DNA from: an uncultured Oligoflexia bacterium
GTDB lineage: Bacteria; Bdellovibrionota; UBA1018; CAYHWW01
NCBI GenBank assembly: GCA_964360145.1
Contig: CAYHWW010000003.1
Span: 1 to 61,859 of the forward strand
Length of the DNA: 61,859 bases
Direction: 5' to 3'
Shown: piece by piece, positions 18,948-27,528 of the stretch
Position numbering within the stretch: the stretch's first letter is position 1
Layout of the letters: every line of letters begins with the position of its first letter
Position numbers and translations under genes: made by a program
The notes under the pieces: generated by a model
Told to the model about the DNA's origin: nothing
The model's input: the letters and a program-made list of their open reading frames with translations, nothing else
The model's database searches: none

Positions 18948-20708
18948 CTAGATACTGAACTGAGCCATGGCGAAGGCTCGGTACAACCCAGGGTGGTCGT
19001 CGACGAAGGCATCCCCCGGCGAGAAGATGCCATAGCCCCATTGCAGCAGCACCGTGGGAATGGGTTCGAAGGAAAGCTGCACATCCACTTCGCGCCCGAG
19101 GTAGCGTTCCGCCCCTCGATCCACTACGGGATAGAGGCGATCATCCGTGTCCCAGCGGTGGAACCACAGCGCATCCACCTTGAGATTCACGGGCAACGTG
19201 CCCAGGTTGGTGCGGGCGGTGAGAGAGGCGCCCATTTTCTGGATGTTGCGAATTTGGGGGAATACCCCCACGAAGCCCAGGAATTGGCTGTTATTGTGGT
19301 AGTAGGGCACCACTCCGTTCCACTCCCGATCGCCGCCGTCGCGGTCACCGGAGGCGAGCAGGTAGACCCCCCGCAGGGTGCCCGCGACGCGGTGGCCCGC
19401 ACGCCAGAAAGCGCCCGCGTCGGCGGTGCCTAAAAAAGAGGAGAGGCGCTGCTGGTCGCTGCCCACGCCGATGGCGCCGGCCTGGTAAGCGAACTCTTCG
19501 CTGACGAAGCCAATGTCTTTGATGTTGAAGCCCAGGCGTTGGCCCAGGGTGACAGCGCTCACGTCTTGGTCGTTCTTCAGCGCCAGGCGCCCCTTGCCCT
19601 GGCGGCGTAAACCCAGGGCGTATATTTCGTAGGGTTTGCCCGGGAAGTCAGCAGAGGCGCCGTATATGAAATCCTTGAAGTCCGTGGAGTCCACGCGATC
19701 GCCGAGGCTTGCCCCCAGCACCCGCAGTCGCAACGGCATGGAGCGAACCGTGGCGAGCGCTCCATCAAAGAACCGGGGCGCCGTGGCCCAGGGGTCGCGG
19801 CCGATGAGCAGGGAATCCCCCAGGTCCCATTCCATGCGGCCCATGGCGAGCGAGTGGCCGCTCTTCAGCCGCGCCAGGGCGAACCCTTGCTGAAGCCGGG
19901 CCTCGCCCACGTCGGGGTTGTGGTTGCCGGATTTTGCGAGGAAAAGACCCTCGGCATAGAAGAGGAACCGCGACGAGGGGGTGATGCCGAGGTTGAGGTT
20001 GCCGCGATAGGACGCAAAGCGGTCATGGCTGTCCAGGCGGTCGTTGACTTGGGTGCCGCGGATGAAAAGAGAGGCGCCAGCGTGGATGCGCTGGAGGGAG
20101 GAGTACAGGGCCTCGGGGTCCGCCGCGTCCACGGTGGTGGGGCCGGTCCACCGCCAGTCGGACTCTTTATCGATGAAGCCCGGGAGCGAGAGATCGTCGG
20201 TGGAGGCGGAAGTGCGGGTCACCCACCAACCCATGAGGGTGGGGTCCATGGGAACAGGGGTGGCCACGGTGCCGTCCGCTTGGATGACCACGCCCTCGCC
20301 TGCCCTGAGCACTACGGAATGTTCCTCAGCGATCTTCCCTGACCAGGAACTGAGGGGCACGGCCACCACGACGCCTTTCAGCGTGCATACCGACGTTTTA
20401 TCAAAACCCGCATCCACGAAAAACTCCGTGCCCCGCACGCCCATGACCGCGTGGCGGGTTTTCACACTCACTTTGGCTGGGCGCCCCTCGGCGGCTCGGA
20501 CAAGGACTCGCATCTGTCCACTCATCAGCGTGAGCAAGCTGCCGTCTTTGGGGTGCTCTTCCACTTTGGCTTCAGCGCCGGGCCCCAGGATCACCGTGAC
20601 GCCGGGGGCGGGATGGAGCACCGCGGTTGCCATGGCGCTGAGCGGCATGAGGCAGAGCAGCACGGACAGTCCGCGTTTGACATCGAAGCGCAAGGGTTGG
20701 AGCATCAT
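18948..20708 (-). CDS. FecR-domain protein with large C-terminal beta-barrel-like (alginate-export-like) region
   Basis: N-terminal signal peptide and a FecR-like segment (MSGQMRVLV...VKTRHAVMGVRGTEFFV). The C-terminal 400 aa are rich in alternating aromatic and polar strands. The start is ambiguous (20705, 20708 or 20717). Confidence 0.6.
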   Translation of the reverse strand: MMLQPLRFDVKRGLSVLLCLMPLSAMATAVLHPAPGVTVILGPGAEAKVEEHPKDGSLLTLMSGQMRVLVRAAEGRPAKVSVKTRHAVMGVRGTEFFVDAGFDKTSVCTLKGVVVAVPLSSWSGKIAEEHSVVLRAGEGVVIQADGTVATPVPMDPTLMGWWVTRTSASTDDLSLPGFIDKESDWRWTGPTTVDAADPEALYSSLQRIHAGASLFIRGTQVNDRLDSHDRFASYRGNLNLGITPSSRFLFYAEGLFLAKSGNHNPDVGEARLQQGFALARLKSGHSLAMGRMEWDLGDSLLIGRDPWATAPRFFDGALATVRSMPLRLRVLGASLGDRVDSTDFKDFIYGASADFPGKPYEIYALGLRRQGKGRLALKNDQDVSAVTLGQRLGFNIKDIGFVSEEFAYQAGAIGVGSDQQRLSSFLGTADAGAFWRAGHRVAGTLRGVYLLASGDRDGGDREWNGVVPYYHNNSQFLGFVGVFPQIRNIQKMGASLTARTNLGTLPVNLKVDALWFHRWDTDDRLYPVVDRGAERYLGREVDVQLSFEPIPTVLLQWGYGIFSPGDAFVDDHPGLYRAFAMAQFSI

Positions 20709-20738
20709 GCCTCTCACAGTACAGAGGAGGGTGGTCCT

Positions 20739-21647
20739 ATGAAACTCGTTTCTTATTTAGACAATGATCGGGAGCACTGCGGCATTCTTGAAGGGGACAT
20801 CATTACGGAGTTAGACGCCCCTCATCTTCTCGATGCCATCATCAATCAAGATTTCACGCCGTCCGGGCCCAAGCATCCATTGAAAAATGTGAAGCTCCTC
20901 GCGCCCATCCCCGCGCCGCCCTCCATGAGGGATGGGTATGCTTTCCGTCAGCATGTGGAGAGCGCCCGCAAAGGCCGGGGTCTCCCCATGATTCCCGAGT
21001 TCGATCACTTTCCGGTGTTCTACTTCACCAATCACGCAGGGGTCACGGGCCCCGGCGACGTGTCCGTGCAGCCCAAGGCGCTGGAGCGCCTGGACTACGA
21101 GCTGGAAATCGCCATCGTCATCGGCCGCGGCGGGCGCAACATCCCGGCCAGCAAAGCCGATGAGCATATTTTTGGCTACACCATCATGAATGACTGGTCC
21201 GCTCGGGCCCTGCAGACTGAGGAGATGAAGCTCAACCTGGGCCCTGCCAAGGGCAAGGATTTCGCGACGAGCTTGGGGCCCTTTCTTGTGACCCGGGATG
21301 AACTGAAGCAGAGCGGGCACTTGAAACCCAGCCCCGCGGGTGAGTTGTTTCACGGCGTGATGACGGGCACGCTCAACGGCAAAGAATATTCGAGGGGCAA
21401 TGCCAACACCATGAACTGGACCTTCGCGCAAATCATCGAACGCGCCAGCTATGGCGTGGACTTGCGCGTGGGCGACGTCATTGGGTCGGGCACCGTGGGC
21501 ACGGGCTGCTTCATGGAGTTGAACGGCAGCAAGATCACCGACAATCTCTGGATCAAAGAAGGGGATACCGTCATCATGGAGGTTGAAGGTTTAGGCCGTC
21601 TTGAGAACCGCGTGGTGAAGGGCTCTGAAGAGTATGTCGCTTACTGA
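20739..21647 (+). CDS. fumarylacetoacetate hydrolase (FAH) family protein
   Basis: The ATG at 20739 is preceded by a GAGGAGG SD. The FAH-family C-terminal domain is present (PEFDHFPVFYFTNH...GDVIGSGTVGTGC). The ORF-track N-terminal extension is antisense to the FecR gene. Confidence 0.8.
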   Translation: MKLVSYLDNDREHCGILEGDIITELDAPHLLDAIINQDFTPSGPKHPLKNVKLLAPIPAPPSMRDGYAFRQHVESARKGRGLPMIPEFDHFPVFYFTNHAGVTGPGDVSVQPKALERLDYELEIAIVIGRGGRNIPASKADEHIFGYTIMNDWSARALQTEEMKLNLGPAKGKDFATSLGPFLVTRDELKQSGHLKPSPAGELFHGVMTGTLNGKEYSRGNANTMNWTFAQIIERASYGVDLRVGDVIGSGTVGTGCFMELNGSKITDNLWIKEGDTVIMEVEGLGRLENRVVKGSEEYVAY

Positions 21648-22275
21648 CGATCTCACGCTCTATCACTACTGGCGTTCCAGCTCTTCCTGGCGGGTGCGCC
21701 TCGCCCTGGCACTGAAGGGCCTCACGCCCCAGTTCGTTGCCGTGAATTTGCTTGATGAGGAGACAGATCAACCTGCCCACCGGGCGCGGCACCCCTTCGG
21801 CTACGTGCCCGTGCTGGAAGTGGGCGGCGGCCCCCGATATTTAGTTGAGTCCATGGCCATCCTGGAATGGCTTGATGAGGTGAAGCCCGAGCCCCACCGC
21901 CTTTTTCCCGGTGATGCGTGGGATCGGGCCCATGTGCGTGCGTTGTGCGAGACGGTGAACGCCGGTATTCAGCCCCTTTCCAACCCCCCGGTGGTGGAGC
22001 GCCATACCGCGGATCCTGTTGAGGCCCAGCGTTGGCACCAGTGGGTCATCCACCGGGGCCTTGCAGCCTATGAGGGGTTGTCGGCGCCGCGGGCGGGGTG
22101 TTTCTCGCTTGGCGACGGGGTCACCGCGGCGGACTGCCTGCTCATCCCCCAGGTTTACAATGCGCTGCGATTCAATGTGGATCTCAGCCCCTATCCCACG
22201 GTGGCTCGCATTTGGGCCCACAGCCAGGGGCTGCCTCAGTTCAAGGTCAGCCATCCCGATCGCTTCAAACCCTGA
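21634..22275 (+). CDS. maiA: maleylacetoacetate isomerase (zeta-class glutathione S-transferase)
   Basis: Zeta-GST signature SSSWRVRLALALKG. It overlaps the FAH gene by 14 nt, so the two form an operon. Confidence 0.8.
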   Translation: MSLTDDLTLYHYWRSSSSWRVRLALALKGLTPQFVAVNLLDEETDQPAHRARHPFGYVPVLEVGGGPRYLVESMAILEWLDEVKPEPHRLFPGDAWDRAHVRALCETVNAGIQPLSNPPVVERHTADPVEAQRWHQWVIHRGLAAYEGLSAPRAGCFSLGDGVTAADCLLIPQVYNALRFNVDLSPYPTVARIWAHSQGLPQFKVSHPDRFKP

Positions 22276-22355
22276 TCACTGCTCCAAAACATTTGGAGCA
22301 CTTTGTTCCAAAGTTCTTTGCGCCTGACCGCATCGCCTGATAGACGCTCCTTGTC

Positions 22356-23147
22356 TTGACGAGGAGCACCGTGGACGCGCAATTCGCAATCCAAAAAATA
22401 CTCAACGAGCAGTTCGTGGAAGCGCGCTTGCGCAACCCCTCCTATTCGGTGAGGGCCTTCGCACGAAAGCTCGGCATGAGTTCCGCCGCGGTCTCCGAGA
22501 TCCTCAACGGAAAGCGTCGTATATCGCGGAAGCTCGCCCTCAGGATCGCGGATCGCCTGGCCCTCGATCCCGAGCAAACCAGGGCTCTTGTCGCTTCTTT
22601 CGAAGGTGCGCGGACGGAGATCAACACTCGTCCTCTCCAAAACTTGGACATGGAACACTTCCGTGTCGTCGCCGACTGGTATCACTTCGCAATCCTCTCT
22701 TTGGCTGAGACTGAGGGCTTCCGAGGCGAGGCGAAGTGGATCGCCCAGAGATTGGACCTCCCCGTTCGCGAGGTCGAGGCGGCGATCAAGCGACTTGAAA
22801 AACTTGAGATGCTCCTTCGCGATGGGCGAGGGAGACTTCGTGCTACCGGTGTGCAGTACGCCACGCCAGATGAGATCGCCAATGTCGCCCTGAGGCGCCT
22901 CCATGCTCAAAACCTAGAGCTGGCGCGGGTCTCGCTGGAGAGGGATCCCATCGACCAGCGCGACTTCTCGGCGGTGACCATGGCCATCGACCCCGCCAAG
23001 CTGCCGGAGGCGAAGAAACTCATCCGCAAGTTCCACAAACAGCTCAACCTCTTGCTGGGCAGCGGCCGCAAGAAGGACGTCTACAAAATGTGCCTCCAAC
23101 TGATTCCGCTCACACATACCGTAATCGAAAAAGGAGATAAGAAATGA
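22356..23147 (+). CDS. TIGR02147/DUF4423-family HTH protein, paralog 1
   Basis: The N-terminus NPSYSVRAFARKLGMSSAAVSEILNGKRRIS matches the family as I recall it. The start is either the TTG at 22356 or the GTG at 22371 after a GAGGAG. Confidence 0.65.
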   Translation: MTRSTVDAQFAIQKILNEQFVEARLRNPSYSVRAFARKLGMSSAAVSEILNGKRRISRKLALRIADRLALDPEQTRALVASFEGARTEINTRPLQNLDMEHFRVVADWYHFAILSLAETEGFRGEAKWIAQRLDLPVREVEAAIKRLEKLEMLLRDGRGRLRATGVQYATPDEIANVALRRLHAQNLELARVSLERDPIDQRDFSAVTMAIDPAKLPEAKKLIRKFHKQLNLLLGSGRKKDVYKMCLQLIPLTHTVIEKGDKK

Positions 23148-24004
23148 ACCCCCTGAAATCAATCTTAGCGCTAACGGCTCTTTTCGCCATTTACGCCCCA
23201 GCAGCCACGGCCCAGCATACCGATGGCAACGGCGGAACAGAGCGCGACATGCGCATCTGCACCACCATCGCCCGGTTGAAGACCTTGCTTCAGCCAGAGG
23301 GTGTGGGGCTCTGTCGCCAACTGCGTGGTCTCTACACAGAGCCCCAAGCTCTGGGATCGGTTGGCATCGGTGGGCCGCGAACCTGCGACACTCCGGATTA
23401 CACGCGGCTCATCGCTGCGCTGGAATGCCAAAGCGATACGCGCCCTGCAACTGTGCGCATCGCATTCACGGACCGCAGGCTTGAGGTCGACGGCGAGGTG
23501 AAAACCGCCCTCAACAGCCCTGGTCTCATCACGATCAACCAACCCCGCTGGGAAAACATCAGCGACGAGCTTGAGAAACTGGGCCTGATGACCCATGAAT
23601 TCCTGGGCGCTACCGGTAGCACCCTGGATTTGGACTACAGCCTGTCTTCTGAATTTGTGCGGCTCATGCAGAGTAGGAAATGGATGTGTTCCGCGGTTTG
23701 CGTCACCCGCGACTACTCACAGCAGCGGATCACGAAGTATGGCGCCCTTGTGGGGGAAGCCTGGGAGGCCATGCTTTCAGAATGTCGCCAGGGCCAAAAT
23801 CGCATGTTGGATCTCTTCCGTACCTTCCGCAGCTGGAGGGAAAGTCGCGAAATCACCACAGCCACCAGCAACGGCCTCTGCAGTGCTGGGGAGATTCCCG
23901 TCGCTGGGCGCAATGGATACCCCGCCGCCTGCCGCCTGAGCATCAATGAAATCCGCTATGATGGTCAAAATGCCGACCCGTCTGTGTGCATCCAGCAGTA
24001 CTGA
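23144..24004 (+). CDS. secreted cysteine-rich hypothetical protein (GNGG/HE motif family)
   Basis: ATGA overlap with the upstream regulator, and signal peptide MNPLKSILALTALFAIYAPAATA. The GNGG motif directly follows the signal peptide. Confidence 0.6.
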   Translation: MNPLKSILALTALFAIYAPAATAQHTDGNGGTERDMRICTTIARLKTLLQPEGVGLCRQLRGLYTEPQALGSVGIGGPRTCDTPDYTRLIAALECQSDTRPATVRIAFTDRRLEVDGEVKTALNSPGLITINQPRWENISDELEKLGLMTHEFLGATGSTLDLDYSLSSEFVRLMQSRKWMCSAVCVTRDYSQQRITKYGALVGEAWEAMLSECRQGQNRMLDLFRTFRSWRESREITTATSNGLCSAGEIPVAGRNGYPAACRLSINEIRYDGQNADPSVCIQQY

Positions 24005-24115
24005 ATCGCTCAGTGGCGCGTTTAAAAATCCAAAGGACGAGACGTGAGGCATCTTGTTGCCTGATTGAAAGAGCCATGCCATGCTCAATCTACTTTTCGC
24101 ACAAAGGAGATTTTC

Positions 24116-24316
24116 ATGAGTGAAGAAACCGAATCCAAAGAGGTCCTTGTAGTTGCATCCAAAGTGAAGAACTACATCCGTGCCAAGTCCGAGATGAATA
24201 CATCGGGCAAGGTCATGGAGGCTCTCACCGAGAAATTGCGTGGTCTCTGCGACCAGGCCATCGAAAATGCCCGCCGTGAGGGTCGTAAGACCGTCATGGA
24301 TAGGGATTTTCTGTAA
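24116..24316 (+). CDS. histone-fold protein (Bd0055/HBb-like bacterial histone), 66 aa
   Basis: MSEETESKEVLVVASKVKNYIRAKSEMNTSGKVMEALTEKLRGLCDQAIENARREGRKTVMDRDFL. An AAGGAG SD sits 6 nt upstream. It carries the GRKTV..D histone signature and aligns from memory with the Bdellovibrio Bd0055 histone. Confidence 0.7.
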   Translation: MSEETESKEVLVVASKVKNYIRAKSEMNTSGKVMEALTEKLRGLCDQAIENARREGRKTVMDRDFL

Positions 24317-24350
24317 GGCCCTAAGACTCGTTCTCATCTTTAAAAATAAG

Positions 24351-24382
24351 AAAGCCCGCCGGAGGAAACCCCGGCGGGCTTT
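24351..24382. terminator. bidirectional Rho-independent terminator
   Basis: AAAGCCCGCCGG-aggaaacc-CCGGCGGGCTTT, a 12-bp stem with an A-tract before and a T-tract after. It lies between the convergent histone and ferritin-like genes. Confidence 0.7.
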
Positions 24383-24409
24383 CTAGTTCCATGCTCTCGA
24401 TCGCCGCGC

Positions 24410-24862
24410 TCAGTCCGTGCGAGAGTGAAGCATTTTCTCTATTTCGTAGATGTGATCCTGTTCTTGGCAGATCAGGTCGCGGGTCCATTCTTCAAGGGCC
24501 ACATGGCGATCCCGTACCTGATCCAAGAGCTCGTGGTAGCGCTTCAGCCCCGTGAGCTCAAACTCCAGCGCTTCATCGAGGATGGTCTTGATGTCGTGGC
24601 GATTGCCCTCGGGGGTCGCGCCTACTTTTACGGTGGGGTGACCAGAGAGGGCAGTGATCCACTCGCCCACCTGGGCGGCATGATCAAGGCCATCGGTGGC
24701 TTGGTCCCGCATCCACTTCGTAATGGGGATGCGGTTGGGGCCGAACACCATGAAGGAGTAGTGCAGGTAGCGGGTAATGCCACTGAGCTCGAACTCTAAA
24801 ATTTCATCAAGCTTGTGTAGGACTTGATCTTTGTTTTCCATGGCGGAAGATGATTTGGCCAT
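24410..24862 (-). CDS. ferritin-like (bacterioferritin/Dps superfamily) di-iron protein
   Basis: Four-helix-bundle pattern with the Glu/His ligand spacing of bacterioferritin (EFELSG..., LDH, LEFELTG, EQDH). Confidence 0.7.
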   Translation of the reverse strand: MAKSSSAMENKDQVLHKLDEILEFELSGITRYLHYSFMVFGPNRIPITKWMRDQATDGLDHAAQVGEWITALSGHPTVKVGATPEGNRHDIKTILDEALEFELTGLKRYHELLDQVRDRHVALEEWTRDLICQEQDHIYEIEKMLHSRTD

Positions 24863-24924
24863 AAATTCTCCTTATTGATCCGGCACTCTGTCAGGAAAGC
24901 GCCACTTCGGCAAGATACACCGGG

Positions 24925-25326
24925 TCAGAGCACAGGGTCGATAACGAGGCTTTGCCCCGAGATGATAGTGAAACGCTGACTGAACATGCAGGGTGCGGCC
25001 TGGCAGATCAGCGTGTGTTCCCCGGGGGGGAGTTGGGCCTCGAAGGTCGTGCCCGGTGGCGTCACGAAGCGGTAGAGGGAGTTACCGGTTTGGGACTGCA
25101 CTTCAATGAGCACACCGGAACTCGTATTACAGCCGCCGGAGGCGACACTGATGACGCCCGTCAGCACGCCTCGGCCCGAAGAGGCCACCGGTGCTGGGGC
25201 GGGGGTTGGCGTCGGCTCATCATCTTTTCCACAGCCGGAAATAAAAAAGAGGCCCATCGTGAAAACGAGGGCCACTTTTTGGAACACAGATGCCAGAGAA
25301 GAGCGCATGCGGCAGTGCATTGTCAC
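24925..25326 (-). CDS. hypothetical lipoprotein
   Basis: Lipobox FFISGC followed by a Pro/Thr-rich linker and a beta-rich domain. Confidence 0.55.
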   Translation of the reverse strand: MTMHCRMRSSLASVFQKVALVFTMGLFFISGCGKDDEPTPTPAPAPVASSGRGVLTGVISVASGGCNTSSGVLIEVQSQTGNSLYRFVTPPGTTFEAQLPPGEHTLICQAAPCMFSQRFTIISGQSLVIDPVL

Positions 25327-25349
25327 TCTCTCCGCGCCTCTAAGAATAC

Positions 25350-25583
25350 TTATTTCTTACCGCTCTTGGCTTTGCGGAAGGCGGCAGTGCGGTCACCGGA
25401 GCGCTTTTTCTTCGCTGCGAAATACGCAGTGGCGAATTCAGGCTCCTTATTGATGCGCTCTCTGCGGGCCTTGCGGGCAACCGTGCGCAACTCTTTGCGC
25501 TTCTTGCGGCTTTCAACGGTGGGGAGTTTCACTTTGGCTTTTTTAGCAGCCTTGGGGGCGGCTTCGGGTTGCGTTTCGCTCAT
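25350..25583 (-). CDS. small highly basic Lys/Arg-rich protein (77 aa)
   Basis: MSETQPEAAPKAAKKAKVKL...RKAKSGKK. The start overlaps the stop of the upstream regulator (ATGA). Confidence 0.5.
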   Translation of the reverse strand: MSETQPEAAPKAAKKAKVKLPTVESRKKRKELRTVARKARRERINKEPEFATAYFAAKKKRSGDRTAAFRKAKSGKK

Positions 25584-26161
25584 GGTTTGGAGACCTCCTG
25601 GAACAGGTTACGAATCTGCGCGATTTTCTGCAGAGCTGCAAGGTCCAATTGGCGGTCTTGGAACAGCATTCTCATGGCTTCAGACCCCATCTCCACTAAT
25701 CGAGACAGGCGTTTCAAGCGCTGGGCGGCAGTCTTGGCGGCTGCGTGATCCCCTATAACAGATGTTTCCCCACTTTTGGCAGCTTCTAGCGCCTCAGCCC
25801 CCACTTTAAGGGCATGGATCAAGCGCTCGAGCTGGTGGAGCTCCCGGCTCCTCACCACCCGGGAGAGCATGCTCCAAAGGTGGGTCTCTGCTCGGTAGTA
25901 GAACTGGCGGATGGAGGGGCGGGACTCGCGGGTGATCACGCCCCATTGCTCCAGCTCCTTCAAGGCCATGGACACCGCGCCGGTGGAGAGGCCCAAGTGG
26001 GAGCCGATCTCGCCGGCGGAAAGGGGTTCCGCGGCAAGATAGAGGAGGGCCCAAATGCGGCCCAAGACCCGCTTGAATCCCCAGAATTCGATGATGTCGC
26101 CCGTGGCCTCGCATACCACCCACACCGCATGATTCAAGCGGCGGGAGGGGTCGGCGGCCAC
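25580..26161 (-). CDS. GbsR/MarR-like winged-helix transcriptional regulator
   Basis: wHTH segment RIWALLYLAAEPLSAGEIGSHLGLSTGAVSMALKELEQWGVI. The start is uncertain: I chose the GTG at 26161 so that it does not overlap the upstream gene, and the ORF track extends to 26347. Confidence 0.55.
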   Translation of the reverse strand: MAADPSRRLNHAVWVVCEATGDIIEFWGFKRVLGRIWALLYLAAEPLSAGEIGSHLGLSTGAVSMALKELEQWGVITRESRPSIRQFYYRAETHLWSMLSRVVRSRELHQLERLIHALKVGAEALEAAKSGETSVIGDHAAAKTAAQRLKRLSRLVEMGSEAMRMLFQDRQLDLAALQKIAQIRNLFQEVSKP

Positions 26162-26165
26162 GGCC

Positions 26166-26897
26166 TCACGAGGAGGGGATTCGGTCTGCCCAAGCACGGT
26201 AAAACTCCCGGAAGTACCACTCGAAGAACGAATCGCCAAAGATGCGATCCATGAAAATTCTGAGGGGCGTGGTGATGAGGGTGGAATCGGCAAGGCTGCC
26301 CAGGGCGCCGCGGAGGGCGGCGTCCTTGATGGCGTTGACGTGGACATCCATGGTGGTGACGGTGAAGCGGTAGTGAAGGTGGGATTGGCCTTCAGGGCAT
26401 TCTGCGGAGGGGCTCTGGGCGTCTACGTCCACGGTGAAGGCTGATACGGCGTAGTTCTGGCGCACGGTGATGGGGCCCGTGGGGCTTGCGGGGTCAGCGC
26501 TGTGGTCGAGCTCGCAGTGATGGGTGAAGGCCTCGGCAGTGGCCGATGAATGGCATTGCAGCTTGAAGCGCGGGAAAAAAGAGGTGTCTGTGATGAACAT
26601 GGGCTGCATGAAGATAGCCACAGACCCGAGGGAGCCGTGTTCGTCGTGGGTGTTTGCGCCGCCTTCGATGGATCCGGATCTGGGGAGCACCATGTCCACG
26701 GCCCGGCGATCGCCGAGGAGGGGGAAGCGCATGGTGATGCCGTCGTCCAAGTTGGGGTAGTTGTTGTAGTTCACGAGCCACGTGTGGATCTGTTGGGGAG
26801 TGCGGGGAATGCAGCGCTCTTCTTCACCGACAAGGGCGTGGGCGGGGAGGGCTGCGGCGAAAGCGAGAGCGACTGTGGCAAAAGAGGCGATCTTCAT
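26166..26897 (-). CDS. hypothetical secreted protein
   Basis: Signal peptide MKIASFATVALAFAAALPAHA, and a 4-nt overlap with the upstream lipoprotein gene. Confidence 0.6.
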   Translation of the reverse strand: MKIASFATVALAFAAALPAHALVGEEERCIPRTPQQIHTWLVNYNNYPNLDDGITMRFPLLGDRRAVDMVLPRSGSIEGGANTHDEHGSLGSVAIFMQPMFITDTSFFPRFKLQCHSSATAEAFTHHCELDHSADPASPTGPITVRQNYAVSAFTVDVDAQSPSAECPEGQSHLHYRFTVTTMDVHVNAIKDAALRGALGSLADSTLITTPLRIFMDRIFGDSFFEWYFREFYRAWADRIPSS

Positions 26898-27256
26898 GGT
26901 GTGGCTCCGGATGTAGTGGTCGTCGTCGATGCAGGTAGGGGCGTGGTGCGCAGGCCGGTGTCGCCCATGTCGTCGGCGTCGGGCAGGTCGAATTCAGCGC
27001 CGCCAGTGTTGGCTGGTGGGAACATGACGCGAAGGGCGGCGATCATCACTTCTTGGAGGGCCGTCTGCATTTGAGCGAGCTGGGCCGTGAGGCTATTTAC
27101 GGCGGCGGTGATCTCGGTCATGCGGCCATCGATGCCTTGCATGTGGGTGTCGATGGCCCGCGTGTTGGCATCCATATTTTCGAGATGTTTATTGGTGTCG
27201 TTGATGGGGCCGCAGGCCGTGAGGCAAAGACTCAGAATGGTGAGGATTTTGCGCAT
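26894..27256 (-). CDS. hypothetical lipoprotein with coiled-coil-like region
   Basis: MRKILTILSLCLTACG lipobox at the internal ATG at 27256. The ORF-track N-terminal extension runs into the intergenic repeats. Confidence 0.55.
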   Translation of the reverse strand: MRKILTILSLCLTACGPINDTNKHLENMDANTRAIDTHMQGIDGRMTEITAAVNSLTAQLAQMQTALQEVMIAALRVMFPPANTGGAEFDLPDADDMGDTGLRTTPLPASTTTTTSGATP

Positions 27257-27327
27257 GGGTAGTGAGATAACACGGGGATTTTGAAGTTTCAAAATAAATT
27301 GAAGGTTGTGAAGCGGTCGCGCCCGGG

Positions 27328-27396
27328 CCCGGAACGCAACGGATGTTGGGTTCCGGGGGTAGCGGTGCGTGGGAACGCAACTATGGTTGGGTTGCC
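27328..27396. promoter_or_regulatory. two copies of a GGAACGCAAC-N4-GTTGGGTT imperfect palindrome, 41 bp apart
   Basis: Copies at 27331-27354 and 27372-27396. A related hairpin CGGAACACA/TGTGTTCCG lies at 27442-27467, and another GGAACGC at 27531-27537. Confidence 0.5.
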
Positions 27397-27528
27397 GGCG
27401 GAGGCGATGATTGAAACTGCGGTCGGGGCATACAGATGATTCGGAACACACGGATTGCTGTGTTCCGCGGGAAGATGCGCCGGGTCTCGGCTGGGATCGC
27501 AGCTTTTCGTGCGTTGCGGGGTTTCGGC

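Noticed and set aside
18719-18958. A 79-aa ORF and the 132-aa ORF at 51776-52174 that share the peptide FAGERGGGGSGRPKRT.VRCVEATTTTTKL.
   Set aside because: The shared peptide is just the translation of the 101-bp palindromic repeat. Both ORFs lie in gaps between convergent genes, have no SD, and differ outside the repeat.
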